Below the pieces are notes generated by a model. It ran no database searches. It was not told the DNA's origin and worked only from the letters and a program-made list of their open reading frames with translations. Below, piece by piece: positions 1 to 9,786 of a stretch of 64,000 nt of DNA (position 1 is the stretch's first letter; every line of letters begins with the position of its first letter). A program made the translations under genes and the position numbers. The DNA is from Heteronotia binoei (lineage: Eukaryota), in NCBI RefSeq assembly GCF_032191835.1, contig NC_083243.1, forward strand, positions 170,562,001 to 170,626,000. The letters are read 5' to 3'.

Positions 1-94
1 CTCTATGGCATGGTGCCTCACTGAGCTCCCTGTCCTTCCCAGGCTCCATCGCCATTATCTCCAGGACTTTCCCAACCTGGATTTGGCAACCCTA
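1..94. mobile_element. End of a short hAT-type non-autonomous element (terminus TTGGCAACCCTA)
   Basis: Ends in ttggcaacccta at 83-94, the reverse complement of the TAGGGTTGCCAA terminus also seen at 47769 and 51448. Confidence 0.5.
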
Positions 95-169
95 CCCCAC
101 ATCCCCTGCTAGGGGCCAGGAAGAACCTAGCAACTCTAGCTCCCCATCTGATTAAACAACCCTCCGCTC

Positions 170-720
170 CCCAATAACGCCGTGTCCGTTCTGTGAGCAT
201 CTCCTGCACGCGGCGTCCGGCGCTTCTGTCTAAGGCGAGGCGGCCCCTAGTCACCGTGGGCGTGGCCTCCCTAGCGTCGGCGCCCTGTTTGCCGCACAGG
301 CTAAACGCAATATGGCTGCGGCGGCGAGTGGGGAAGGCAGGCAGTCGGCCTGGAGGCTGCCCGCAGCTCGTTCCCGAGGGCGCGCGGCGAGGGAATGGGA
401 CGCGAGATGCCAGGAGAGCGGCCGGCGGCATTCCGGGGAAGGGCTGCTGTGGCCGGATTCTTGTTTCTTATCGCAGGGAATGTTTTGGGTTCGGTTCACC
501 CCTCGCCTGCTTCCTAGGCTGGGATCGGATGGACGGAACCCATGGAGGATGACCCGAGAAGCATTTCCCATTGCAACACTTCCGCGGTGATGAAACGGCA
601 CTTCATGGGGCCGGCCTTTGCGCAGTCCCACATGTGTGCGTGCGCAAGGCAGTCCCGTGAACGGGAGTTACTCCTGCAACGAGGTTTTCTCCCTGCTTCG
701 CAGTTGGTTCAAGGCACAGG
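170..720. promoter_or_regulatory. CpG island, probable promoter region (likely UBE2L6 and/or a divergent neighbour)
   Basis: Dense CpG and high GC against a CpG-poor background, upstream of the UBE2L6 exons. Confidence 0.55.
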
Positions 721-852
721 AGCGGTGCCTCCCCCCCCCCACCCGGTGTATATGCGTTTTTGTGCATATATAATGATGGGAGAGCCTTGCAGCATGAACG
801 ATGTGCCTTCCATTAAGCAAAAAACTCCACAGCTGCAGCAGTAACGGTAATA

Positions 853-864
853 GAAAGTGAAAGC
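853..864 (+). promoter_or_regulatory. ISRE / IRF-binding element GAAAGTGAAAGC
   Basis: Exact GAAANNGAAA tandem with IRF-E consensus flanks, next to the CpG island upstream of UBE2L6, an interferon-induced gene in mammals. Confidence 0.5.
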
Positions 865-2609
865 AACCAAGCGGTGCTGCTTTTTGCACCCAGCCTGATT
901 CTCACAGCTTTCCCTTGTTCAGGCGTTTACCGCTCAAAGCTTTTGGCAGCTTCAGTCTCTTCACTGACTCGGTTCAGGATTTATATTTGTTAACAGTTTC
1001 TGAATTTGCCAATTCCATAAAGACTAAGTCCTTGCTTCAAGGGTTGCCAGTGTGGTTACACTAAGGAATCTGCCCTTTGTCCAGCCCTCCATTTTTAGTT
1101 TTATTTTGGATAGTAGTGTGAAATTTGGGCAGTTATGAAGTTTGCAAATGTTTCTTCAAAACTGATTTCACAGTTATGGGCGTAGAGACTATCAAACCAT
1201 AAAGTTATATCTGAAGCAGCCCTAGAATTGCCTCCTCGGCCCTTTAACTTGCATCAAACTGTATGTGGTTTTCAGGTTAAATGAATTATTTCCCCCATTT
1301 TTAATAGCTGAAGCAGCTGTGGAAAGTCACAGTCTAGGTTTGAAGGTGGGGGGGGGGGCGTTTTCTTCTTCTTCTTGAAATTGCTCCCTCTGAATTGCTT
1401 TTTGTGTCCTGCAAGAAGAGTTCAGGTACTCCAAAACATATTCCAAAGAACGCCAGCTGAGATTAGAGTAAAAAGAACTTCAAATGTAATAGACTTGATT
1501 GCAAGGATCTGAGTCATGTTGTTAGAGGCTATGTAAGGCTACAATCCCATGTACTGCTAGTGGGAAGTATGCCCTATTGAGCACAGTAGGGCATTCTTCT
1601 GAGTAAACATGCATAAGATTAAACTGCACAAGATGGCATCCGTAGAAAAGGAGATCTGCAGAGTTGTGACTTTTATATTCAATGTGGCGTGTTTGAGAAA
1701 TTGTTGGGGTTTTTTTTAAACAAACAAACAATTTATTCACAGCAATTAGCAATACAAACAGAAATAACAATCAGTTGCAGCAAAAGTGTAGTACCAGTGT
1801 GCAGTCAGCAGGTCACTGAGGCTTTTGCAGGGCTTCTGTAAAAGAAGTAACAAAATTGCCTGTGAGGGGGTCACCTGTTTAGCAAATCAGCTATAAGGGT
1901 TCCCAACAACAGTCAGTCATATTAAGAGTTTAAAATAAAAGCCATCTAGGACAGGATGGGTTAGATGGAAGGAAATCTCTCTCCTGCATATACTGTGGGA
2001 TGGGAGCTCCTGGTTTGCTAAATTGTTGTTAAATTTGTTCTGCAGTATTTCTTCATTATCCTATTTCACAAACTGAACCAGATTGATTCAGATTTGGTTT
2101 AGATCTTTCAAAAGAAAACACAGCTGCCAAGAACAGGATGTTATTGTTTGGCGGGACTTGTTGCATCTCAAAGGCCATTTGGAAAAGCACTACTTTTCTG
2201 TTTGGCATTTAAGAATTCTGTTGGCATTCTGTTTGGCTCCTGCATAAGCAATCAACCTTGATATAATGTATGCCAATGGCCATTGGAAAATTAAGGTAAT
2301 TCTGTGGCTTCAGTGAACGCATGCATTCTAATTTCAGAATGTCAGGCTGACTGTGACAGGGAAAAGCCATAAAGTTTGAGGAAATATATATGTATGCTGA
2401 AAGATGTTCTAATCAGAGTTGTTTGTGGAAATTTTTGGCTATAAAACATTGCATGAAGGGAGGCAAGGCAGGGCATAATAGATACAATGTTAAGAAAGGT
2501 CTCTTCATATTTTGGAATCCCCCCCTAGGGTGGCCATAATGTCTGAAGGCCAGCCAGGGACACCTTGGGGGGGGGAAGGCAGGAGTGCGCGCGCGCGAAG
2601 CGTGTGCGC

Positions 2610-2930
2610 CGCCGGAAACAGGAAGTGACGTCACTTCCGGCGACGTCACTTCCGGCGACGTCATACCACCGCCGGAAACAGGAAGTGACATCACTTCCTG
2701 TGACATCATTTCCCCCGCGCCACCTGCCGGAAACGGGAAGTGACATCACTTCCTGTGACATCATTTCCCCCGCGCCACCTGCCGGAAGCAGGAAGTGACA
2801 TCACTTCCTGTGACATCATTTCCCCCAAATGGCATCATTTCCCCCAAATGCCACTGCCGGAAACAGGAAGTGACTTCACAGCACTTCCTGTGACGTCCCC
2901 AAAAATCCCCCAAATATCACCGCCGGAAAC
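2610..2930. repeat. Degenerate ~55-75 bp tandem repeat rich in GGAAGTGAC(G/A)TCACTTCC palindromes
   Basis: ccggaa recurs at 2612, 2672, 2727, 2782 and 2857; perfect 18-bp palindrome at 2621-2638. Confidence 0.85.
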
Positions 2931-3824
2931 AATTTTGTTCTCAAATCCTGTATATACTTCATCAGTATATGGGATAAGGCACTTTCTCAACTGTGCTGCA
3001 TAATGCAGCCTATTTATTTTGTCCTGTTGGCTCTGTTGGCTCTATCTGCGCCACCTTCATCACTTTCGGGGTGTGGATCCCCCAGTGGGGTGGGCTCCCG
3101 ACTCCCTCCGCCGGCTGTTTCTGATAGCCCTGCGCCCCCTCTTTCATTTGATATGTGTCCCGTGCGGGTGCCACCCTCCTGCCGGGAGATGCCGCAAAAT
3201 GAGCCCCCTTGAGGCTTATGGCGGCAGGGCTCGGGGGAAGCAAGCTAGACTGCTGTTCTTTTGAGGGGTTATAGAGTGTTTCGAGCCCCTCCCTGTGGCA
3301 TTGGTCCCATCGTCGTGGGACCCAGGGGGCCGGCGCAGCAGCCTGCCGAAGCAGCCTGTCACTAATAACACAGGTCGAGATGCGGAAGTGACTGACAGGC
3401 TGCTTCAGCGGGCCGCTGCGCCGGCCCCCTGGGTCCCACAACGATGGGACCGATGCCACAGGGAGGGGCTCGAAACACTCTATAACCCCTCAAAAGAACA
3501 GCAGTCTAGCTTGCTTCCCCCGAGCCCTGCCGCCATAAGCCTCAAGGGGGCTCATTTTGCGGCATCTCCCGGCAGGAGGGTGGCACCCGCACGGGACACA
3601 TATCAAATGAAAGAGGGGGCGCAGGGCTATCAGAAACAGCCGGCAGAGGGAGTCGGGAGCCCACCCCACTGGGGGATCCACACCCCGAAAGTGATGAAGG
3701 TGGCGCAGATAGAGCCAACAGAGCCAACAGGACAAAATAAATAGGCTGCATTATGCAGCACAGTTGAGAAAGTGCCTTATCCCATATACTGATGAAGTAA
3801 ATACAGGATCTGAGAACAAAATTG
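2930..3824. repeat. Large near-perfect inverted repeat (arms ~432 bp, spacer ~31 bp)
   Basis: 2930-3361 is the reverse complement of 3393-3824 with few mismatches; the ORF track shows near-identical peptides on opposite strands (3003..3212 + and 3542..3751 -). Confidence 0.95.
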
Positions 3825-3834
3825 CACCAGAAGA

Positions 3835-3965
3835 CACAAACACAAAGCTCCCTTACACTGAATCAGTGCTTGGGTCCACCAAAGTCAGTATTGTCCACTC
3901 CAGTCACAAACACAAAGCTCCCTTACACTGAATCAGTGCTTGGGTCCACCAAAGTCAGTATTGTC
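3835..3965 (-). repeat. Two ~70-bp tandem copies of a SINE 3' tail fragment
   Basis: Period 70 (3841 vs 3911); the reverse complement matches the tail of the SINE at 25873-26080 (gacaatactgactttg..ggacc..ctgattcagt). Confidence 0.8.
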
Positions 3966-4363
3966 ACATAAGAACATAAGAGAAGCCCTGTTGGATCAGG
4001 CCAGTGGCCCATCCAGTCCAACACTCTGCGTCACATAAGAACATAAGAGAAGCCCTGTTGGATCAGGCCAGTGGCCCATCCAGTCCAACACTCTGCGTCA
4101 CATAAGAACATAAGAGAAGCCCTGTTGGATCAGGCCAGTGGCCCATCCAGTCCAACACTCTGCGTCACATAAGAACATAACAGAAGCCCTGTTGGATCAG
4201 GCCAGTGGCCCATCCAGTCCAACACTCTGCGTCACATAAGAACATAACAGAAGCCCTGTTGGATCAGGCCAGTGGCCCATCCAGTCCAACACTCTGTGTC
4301 ACATAAGAGAAGCCCTGTTGCATCAGGCCAGTGGCCCCTCCAGTCCAACACTCTGCGCCACAT
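3964..4363 (-). repeat. 67-bp tandem array derived from the CR1 3' end (six units, runs into gap)
   Basis: Units start at 3964, 4031, 4098, 4165, 4232 and 4299; the unit matches the CR1 terminus at ~54533-54595 (cataagagaag..ttggatcaggcc.atggcccatccagtccaacact). Confidence 0.9.
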
Positions 4364-4701
4364 NNNNNNNNNNNNNNNNNNNNNNNNNNNNNNNNNNNNN
4401 NNNNNNNNNNNNNNNNNNNNNNNNNNNNNNNNNNNNNNNNNNNNNNNNNNNNNNNNNNNNNNNNNNNNNNNNNNNNNNNNNNNNNNNNNNNNNNNNNNNN
4501 NNNNNNNNNNNNNNNNNNNNNNNNNNNNNNNNNNNNNNNNNNNNNNNNNNNNNNNNNNNNNNNNNNNNNNNNNNNNNNNNNNNNNNNNNNNNNNNNNNNN
4601 NNNNNNNNNNNNNNNNNNNNNNNNNNNNNNNNNNNNNNNNNNNNNNNNNNNNNNNNNNNNNNNNNNNNNNNNNNNNNNNNNNNNNNNNNNNNNNNNNNNN
4701 N
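4364..4701. other. Assembly gap (N run)
   Basis: Run of N. Confidence 1.
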
Positions 4702-4842
4702 CCCGCTTTCGGCCCCCTTACCTGCGGTGGCGGTCGGCGGCGAGTCGGGCGGCGGCGGCGGGTCGGGCGACGGCGGCGGGTCGGGCGGCGGCGGCGGCGA
4801 GTCCAGCGGCGGGGGGCGGCGGCGAGGCCAGGGAGGCGTCGG

Positions 4843-7805
4843 AGAGGCCTTCCTTGGCCGGCGCTGGCCCGGGAAGGCCTTCCAGAGGCTCTGGAAGGCC
4901 TTCCCGGACCAGCGCCGGGTGCTCCGCGGCCTCCCCGCGGCCTCCGCTGGTCGCTGGGGGCCTTCCAGACACTCTGGAAGGCCCCCAGCGACCAGCGGAG
5001 GCCGCGGGGAGGCCTTCGCTGGCCGGCGCTGGTCCGGGAAGGCCTTCCAGAGGCTCTGGAAGGCCTTCCCGGACCAGCGCCGGGTGCTCCGCGGCCTCCC
5101 CGCGGCCTCCGCTGGTCGCTGGGGGCCTTCCAGACACTCTGGAAGGCCCCCAGCGACCAGCGGAGGCCGCGGGGAGGCCTTCGCTGGCCGGCGCTGGCCC
5201 GGGAAGGCCTTCCAGAGGCTCTGGAAGGCCTTCCCGGACCAGCGCCGGGTGCTCCGCGGCCTCCGCTGGTCGCTGGGGGCCTTCCAGACACTCTGGAAGG
5301 CCCCCAGCGACCAGCGGAGGCCGCGGGGAGGCCTTCGCTGGCCGGCGCTGGTCCGGGAAGGCCTTCCAGAGGCTCTGGAAGGCCTTCCCGGACCAGCGCC
5401 GGGTGCTCCGCGGCCTCCCCGCGGCCTCCGCTGGTCGCTGGGGGCCTTCCAGACACTCTGGAAGGCCCCCAGCGACCAGCGGAGGAGGCCTTCGGGGCTG
5501 GCCGGGGTCGCTGGGCCGCGGGGAAGGCCTTCCAGAGGCTCTGGAAGGCCTTCCCGGCCAGCGCCGGGTGCTCCGCGGCCTCCCCGCGGCCTCCGCTGGT
5601 CGCTGGGGGGCCTTCCAGACAATCTGGAAGGCCCCCAGCGACCAGCGGAGGCCGCGGGGAGGCCTTCGCTGGCCGGCGCTGGCCCGGGAAGGCCTTCCAG
5701 AGGCTCTGGAAGGCCTTCCCGGACCAGCGCCGGGTGCTCCGCGGCCTCCCCGCGGCCTCCGCTGGTCGCTGGGGGCCTTCCAGACACTCTGGAAGGCCCC
5801 CAGCGACCAGCGGAGGCCGCGGGGAGGCCTTCGCTGGCCGGCGCTGGCCCGGGAAGGCCTTCCAGAGGCTCTGGAAGGCCTTCCCGGACCAGCGCCGGGT
5901 GCTCCGCGGCCTCCCCGCGGCCTCCGCTGGTCGCTGGGGGCCTTCCAGACACTCTGGAAGGCCCCCAGCGACCAGCGGAGGGCCGCGGGGAGGCCTTCGC
6001 TGGCCGGCGCTGGCCCGGGAAGGCCTTCCAGAGGCTCTGGAAGGCCTTCCCGGACCAGCGCCGGGTGCTCCGCGGCCTCCCCGCGGCCTCCGCTGGTCGC
6101 TGGGGGGCCTTCCAGACACTCTGGAAGGCCCCCAGCGACCAGCGGAGGCCGCGGGGAGGCCTTCGCTGGCCGGCGCTGGCCCGGGAAGGCCTTCCAGAGG
6201 CTCTGGAAGGCCTTCCCGGACCAGCGCCGGGTGCTCCGCGGCCTCCCCGCGGCCTCCGCTGGTCGCTGGGGGCCTTCCAGACACTCTGGAAGGCCCCCAG
6301 CGACCAGCGGAGGCCGCGGGGAGGCCTTCGCTGGCCGGCGCTGGCCCGGGAAGGCCTTCCAGAGGCTCTGGAAGGCCTTCCCGGACCAGCGCCGGGTGCT
6401 CCGCGGCCTCCCCGCGGCCTCCGCTGGTCGCTGGGGGCCTTCCAGACACTCTGGAAGGCCCCCAGCGACCAGCGGAGGCCGCGGGGAGGCCTTCGCTGGC
6501 CGGCGCTGGCCCGGGAAGGCCTTCCAGAGGCTCTGGAAGGCCTTCCCGGACCAGCGCCGGGTGCTCCGCGGCCTCCCCGCGGCCTCCGCTGGTCGCTGGG
6601 GGCCTTCCAGACACTCTGGAAGGCCCCCAGCGACCAGCGGAGGCCGCGGGGAGGCCTTCGCTGGCCGGCGCTGGCCCGGGAAGGCCTTCCAGAGGCTCTG
6701 GAAGGCCTTCCCGGACCAGCGCCGGGTGCTCCGCGGCCTCCCCGCGGCCTCCGCTGGTCGCTGGGGGCCTTCCAGACACTCTGGAAGGCCCCCAGCGACC
6801 AGCGGAGGCCGCGGGGAGGCCTTCGCTGGCCGGCGCTGGCCCGGGAAGGCCTTCCAGAGGCTCTGGAAGGCCTTCCCGGACCAGCGCCGGGTGCTCCGCG
6901 GCCTCCCCCGCGGCCTCCGCTGGTCGCTGGGGGCCTTCCAGACACTCTGGAAGGCCCCCAGCGACCAGCGGAGGCCGCGGGGAGGCCTTCGCTGGCCGGC
7001 GCTGGTCCGGGAAGGCCTTCCAGAGGCTCTGGAAGGCCTTCCCGGACCAGCGCCGGGTGCTCCGCGGCCTCCCCGCGGCCTCCGCTGGTCGCTGGGGGCC
7101 TTCCAGACACTCTGGAAGGCCCCCAGCGACCAGCGGAGGCCGCGGGGAGGCCTTCGCTGGCCGGCGCTGGCCCGGGAAGGCCTTCCAGAGGCTCTGGAAG
7201 GCCTTCCCGGACCAGCGCCGGGTGCTCCGCGGCCTCCCCGCGGCCTCCGCTGGTCGCTGGGGGCCTTCCAGACACTCTGGAAGGCCCCCAGCGACCAGCG
7301 GAGGCCGCGGGGAGGCCTTCGCTGGCCGGCGCTGGCCCGGGAAGGCCTTCCAGAGGCTCTGGAAGGCCTTCCCGGACCAGCGCCGGGTGCTCCGCGGCCT
7401 CCCCCGCGGCCTCCGCTGGTCGCTGGGGGCCTTCCAGACACTCTGGAAGGCCCCCAGCGACCAGCGGAGGCCGCGGGGGAGGCCTTCGCTGGCCGGCGCT
7501 GGCCCGGGAAGGCCTTCCAGAGGCTCTGGAAGGCCTTCCCGGACCAGCGCCGGGTGCTCCGCGGCCTCCGCTGGTCGCTGGGGGCCTTCCAGACACTCTG
7601 GAAGGCCCCCAGCGACCAGCGGAGGCCGCGGGGAGGCCTTCGCTGGCCGGCGCTGGCCCGGGAAGGCCTTCCAGAGGCTCTGGAAGGCCTTCCCGGACCA
7701 GCGCCGGGTGCTCCGCGGCCTCCCCGCGGCCTCCGCTGGTCGCTGGGGGCCTTCCAGACACTCTGGAAGGCCCCCAGCGACCAGCGGAGGCCGCGGAGAG
7801 GCCTC
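4843..7805. repeat. GC-rich 165-bp minisatellite, ~18 copies, two hairpins per unit
   Basis: gggaaggccttccagaggct recurs at 4871, 5036 and 5201 (period 165); each unit has ~29-bp and 35-bp inverted arms around ccaga-NNN-tctgg. Confidence 0.95.
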
Positions 7806-8330
7806 CCCCACCGCTGCCGGCCCCGCGCGCGGGCGGGGAAGGCGGGGAGTGAGGGAGGGAGCGTCCCTGCGCGTGCGCAGGGGCCCTGCGCAGAGCGCAG
7901 GGACGCTCCCTCCCTCACTCCCCGCCCGCGCCCGCGGCCCACCGGCTCCTGGGCTGCCTAAACCGGGACCTTTAATGGCCCCGGTATAGGCAGCCCGGGA
8001 TCCGGGATTGGGTGGCCAGATCCGGGAATGTCCCGGGAGACCGGGACGGTCTGGCCACCCTATCCCCCCCCCCCCCCATCAGCTTGCAGCCTGACTTGAA
8101 TGAGCGAGTCCCATGGAATCTGGTAGTAACGGCTATAACTGATGTCAGGAAGTAACTTAAACAAATATAGATTTGGTGAAAAGCATTTTGTAGAAATGCA
8201 GTCCCATCACCTTGACCTGTGGAGGTTCAAAGGCAGGCCTCGTTTCTGTTTGCTTTTGCTTGCTGCATGATATGACTTGGCTATGTGAGGAGAGATGAAA
8301 GTGGAAGTGTTCAGTATGGACTTCCTAAAG

Positions 8331-8882
8331 CAGAGGTCCACAACTCCCAGTCCGTGGACCAGTACCGCTCCGTGGCCTGTTGGCAACTGGGCCGTGAGTT
8401 GTATATTTATTTCATTGTATATTACAATGTAGTGGTAATAATAAGACATTGGACTTATATCCTGCCCACCATTCTGAATTTCAGAGCCTCAGAGCAGCTC
8501 ACAATCTCCTTTACCTTCCTCCCCCACAACAGACACCCTGTGAGGTGGGTGGGGCTGAGAGAGCTCTCACAGAAGCTGCCCTTTCAAGGATAACTCTGCA
8601 AGAGCTATGGCTGACCCAAGGCCATTCCAGCAGCTGCAAGTGGAGGAGTGGGGAATCAAAATTGCCTGTGAGGAGGTCACCTGTTTAGCAAATCAACTAT
8701 AAGGGTTCCCAACAACACAGCCAGTCGTATCAAGGGTCTGCACACTTAACCACCACACCAAACACTTTAGAAATAAAGCGCACAGTTGTATCATCCCAAA
8801 ACCATTGCCCTGTTCCCTGGTCTGTGGAAAAATTGTCTTCCATAAAACCGGCCCCTGGTGCCAAAAAGTTTGGGGACTGCTG
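8331..8882. mobile_element. hAT-Charlie (MER1-like) non-autonomous element interrupted by a SINE
   Basis: Termini cagaggtccacaac and gtttggggactgctg resemble MER1/Charlie3 ends; perfect 8-bp TSD TCCTAAAG at 8323-8330 and 8883-8890. Confidence 0.8.
8440..8765 (-). mobile_element. tRNA-derived SINE with L2-type tail (Squam3-like), nested in the hAT element
   Basis: Strong similarity to the copy at 27635-27915; B-box-like segment at the high-coordinate end. Confidence 0.75.
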
Positions 8883-9065
8883 TCCTAAAGGATGGGAGTC
8901 AAGGAAGTAATAAGGGTAACAAACTGAGCCCTCTCCCATGCAATGTATTCTTGTGGCCAGGGACCATTGTTCATTTAGTGCAGCAGGATGGCTATGTACT
9001 GCTTGAAACCTGTCTTGTCACTACAACTGGGCCTGGAGACAGTTCATGCCTTTCTGCATTCTTAG

Positions 9066-9161
9066 GAGCTGGATGAGATTAAGAAGTCAGGGTTCCGTTG
9101 CCTCCAGAATGTCGAAGTGGGTGAGACTAATGTCCTCCTCTGGAAGCTGCTTCTTGTGCCA
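9066..9161 (+). CDS. UBE2L6: Ubiquitin/ISG15-conjugating enzyme E2 L6, internal coding exon (ELDEIKKSGFRCLQNVEVGETNVLLWKLLLVP)
   Basis: ttag acceptor and gtaagt donor; 96 bp, phase 0/0, matching UBE2L3/UBE2L6 exon 2 as I recall it. L6 rather than L3 is assigned by synteny with SMTNL1 and TIMM10. Confidence 0.85.
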
Positions 9162-9457
9162 GTAAGTAGAGTGACAGCAGGGTCTTTTAGACTCATAGGC
9201 TTTGTGGTGCTTGTATTGTATCAGCCACCAAGGCAGAGTGCAGATGCCCTCTCAGATGGCCTGTCATTTAAACCCCCCTCCATACCCAGTTCATTTATTT
9301 ATACATTATTGTTTATCAGAGGTACCAAAATGTAAAGACGACTCCACTGGGCAGAGCTCTTTACTATTTAGCTTAACTCCTTGCAAAGAAACAGAGAAAT
9401 ATTACTTGCTACTAGTGCCTTGCTGTGACTTTCAGTCATCCATGTCAATATGTTTAG

Positions 9458-9644
9458 GATTATCGTCCGTACAATAAAGGTGCATTCCAGATTGAAATCA
9501 GCTTTCCGTGTGAGTATCCATTTAAGCCCCCCAAGATCACTTTCAAGACAAAGATCTACCACCCCAACGTGGATGAGAATGGCCAGGTGTGCTTGCCAAT
9601 CATCAGCAATGAGAACTGGAAACCTGTTACCAAGACAGAACAGG
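9458..9644 (+). CDS. UBE2L6: UBE2L6 exon with UBC active site (…[31 protein letters not shown]…; catalytic Cys codon 9590-9592)
   Basis: tttag acceptor and gtaaga donor; 187 bp; HPN motif and active-site Cys. Confidence 0.92.
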
Positions 9645-9786
9645 GTAAGAAAAGAAGGGAGATATGAACTGCAGAACACATAATGCTATTTGCCAGTTGG
9701 ATGGCTGCTGCTCCACCTGTTTGTTCTGTTGGCTCTTATCTGCTTAAAGGTGTTATTGTTTCTGACCCTCTTGACTCTTCCAACAG

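Larger units (their letters stand above)
2526..8062. mobile_element. Non-autonomous hAT-like DNA transposon with large repetitive cargo
   Basis: 11-bp terminal inverted repeats TAGGGTGGCCA (2526-2536) and TGGCCACCCTA (8052-8062); 8-bp flanking duplication TCCCCCCC (2518-2525 and 8063-8070); no transposase ORF. An N gap lies inside, so unity is inferred. Confidence 0.65.

Noticed and set aside
312-590. MAAAASG… ORF in the CpG island as UBE2L6 exon 1
   Set aside because: The only nearby GT donor is phase 1, whereas exon 9066 needs phase 0, and similarity to the family N-terminus ends after MAA.
2266-2295. ATG…AAG|gtaatt mini-exon (MYANGHWKIK) as UBE2L6 exon 1
   Set aside because: Phase and length fit, but there is no similarity to the UBE2L3/L6 N-terminus apart from the last Lys; it cannot be supported without RNA data.
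3003-3751. Pairs of near-identical short ORFs on opposite strands
   Set aside because: A direct consequence of the 895-bp inverted repeat; no recognisable protein.
3964-7805. CRISPR-like appearance of regular palindromic repeats
   Set aside because: Units are contiguous tandem copies with no unique spacers, there are no cas genes, and the DNA is vertebrate.
4264-7989. Six ORFs of over 1000 aa on both strands
   Set aside because: They are translations of the stop-free 165-bp minisatellite, several run through N, and none has splice or domain support.
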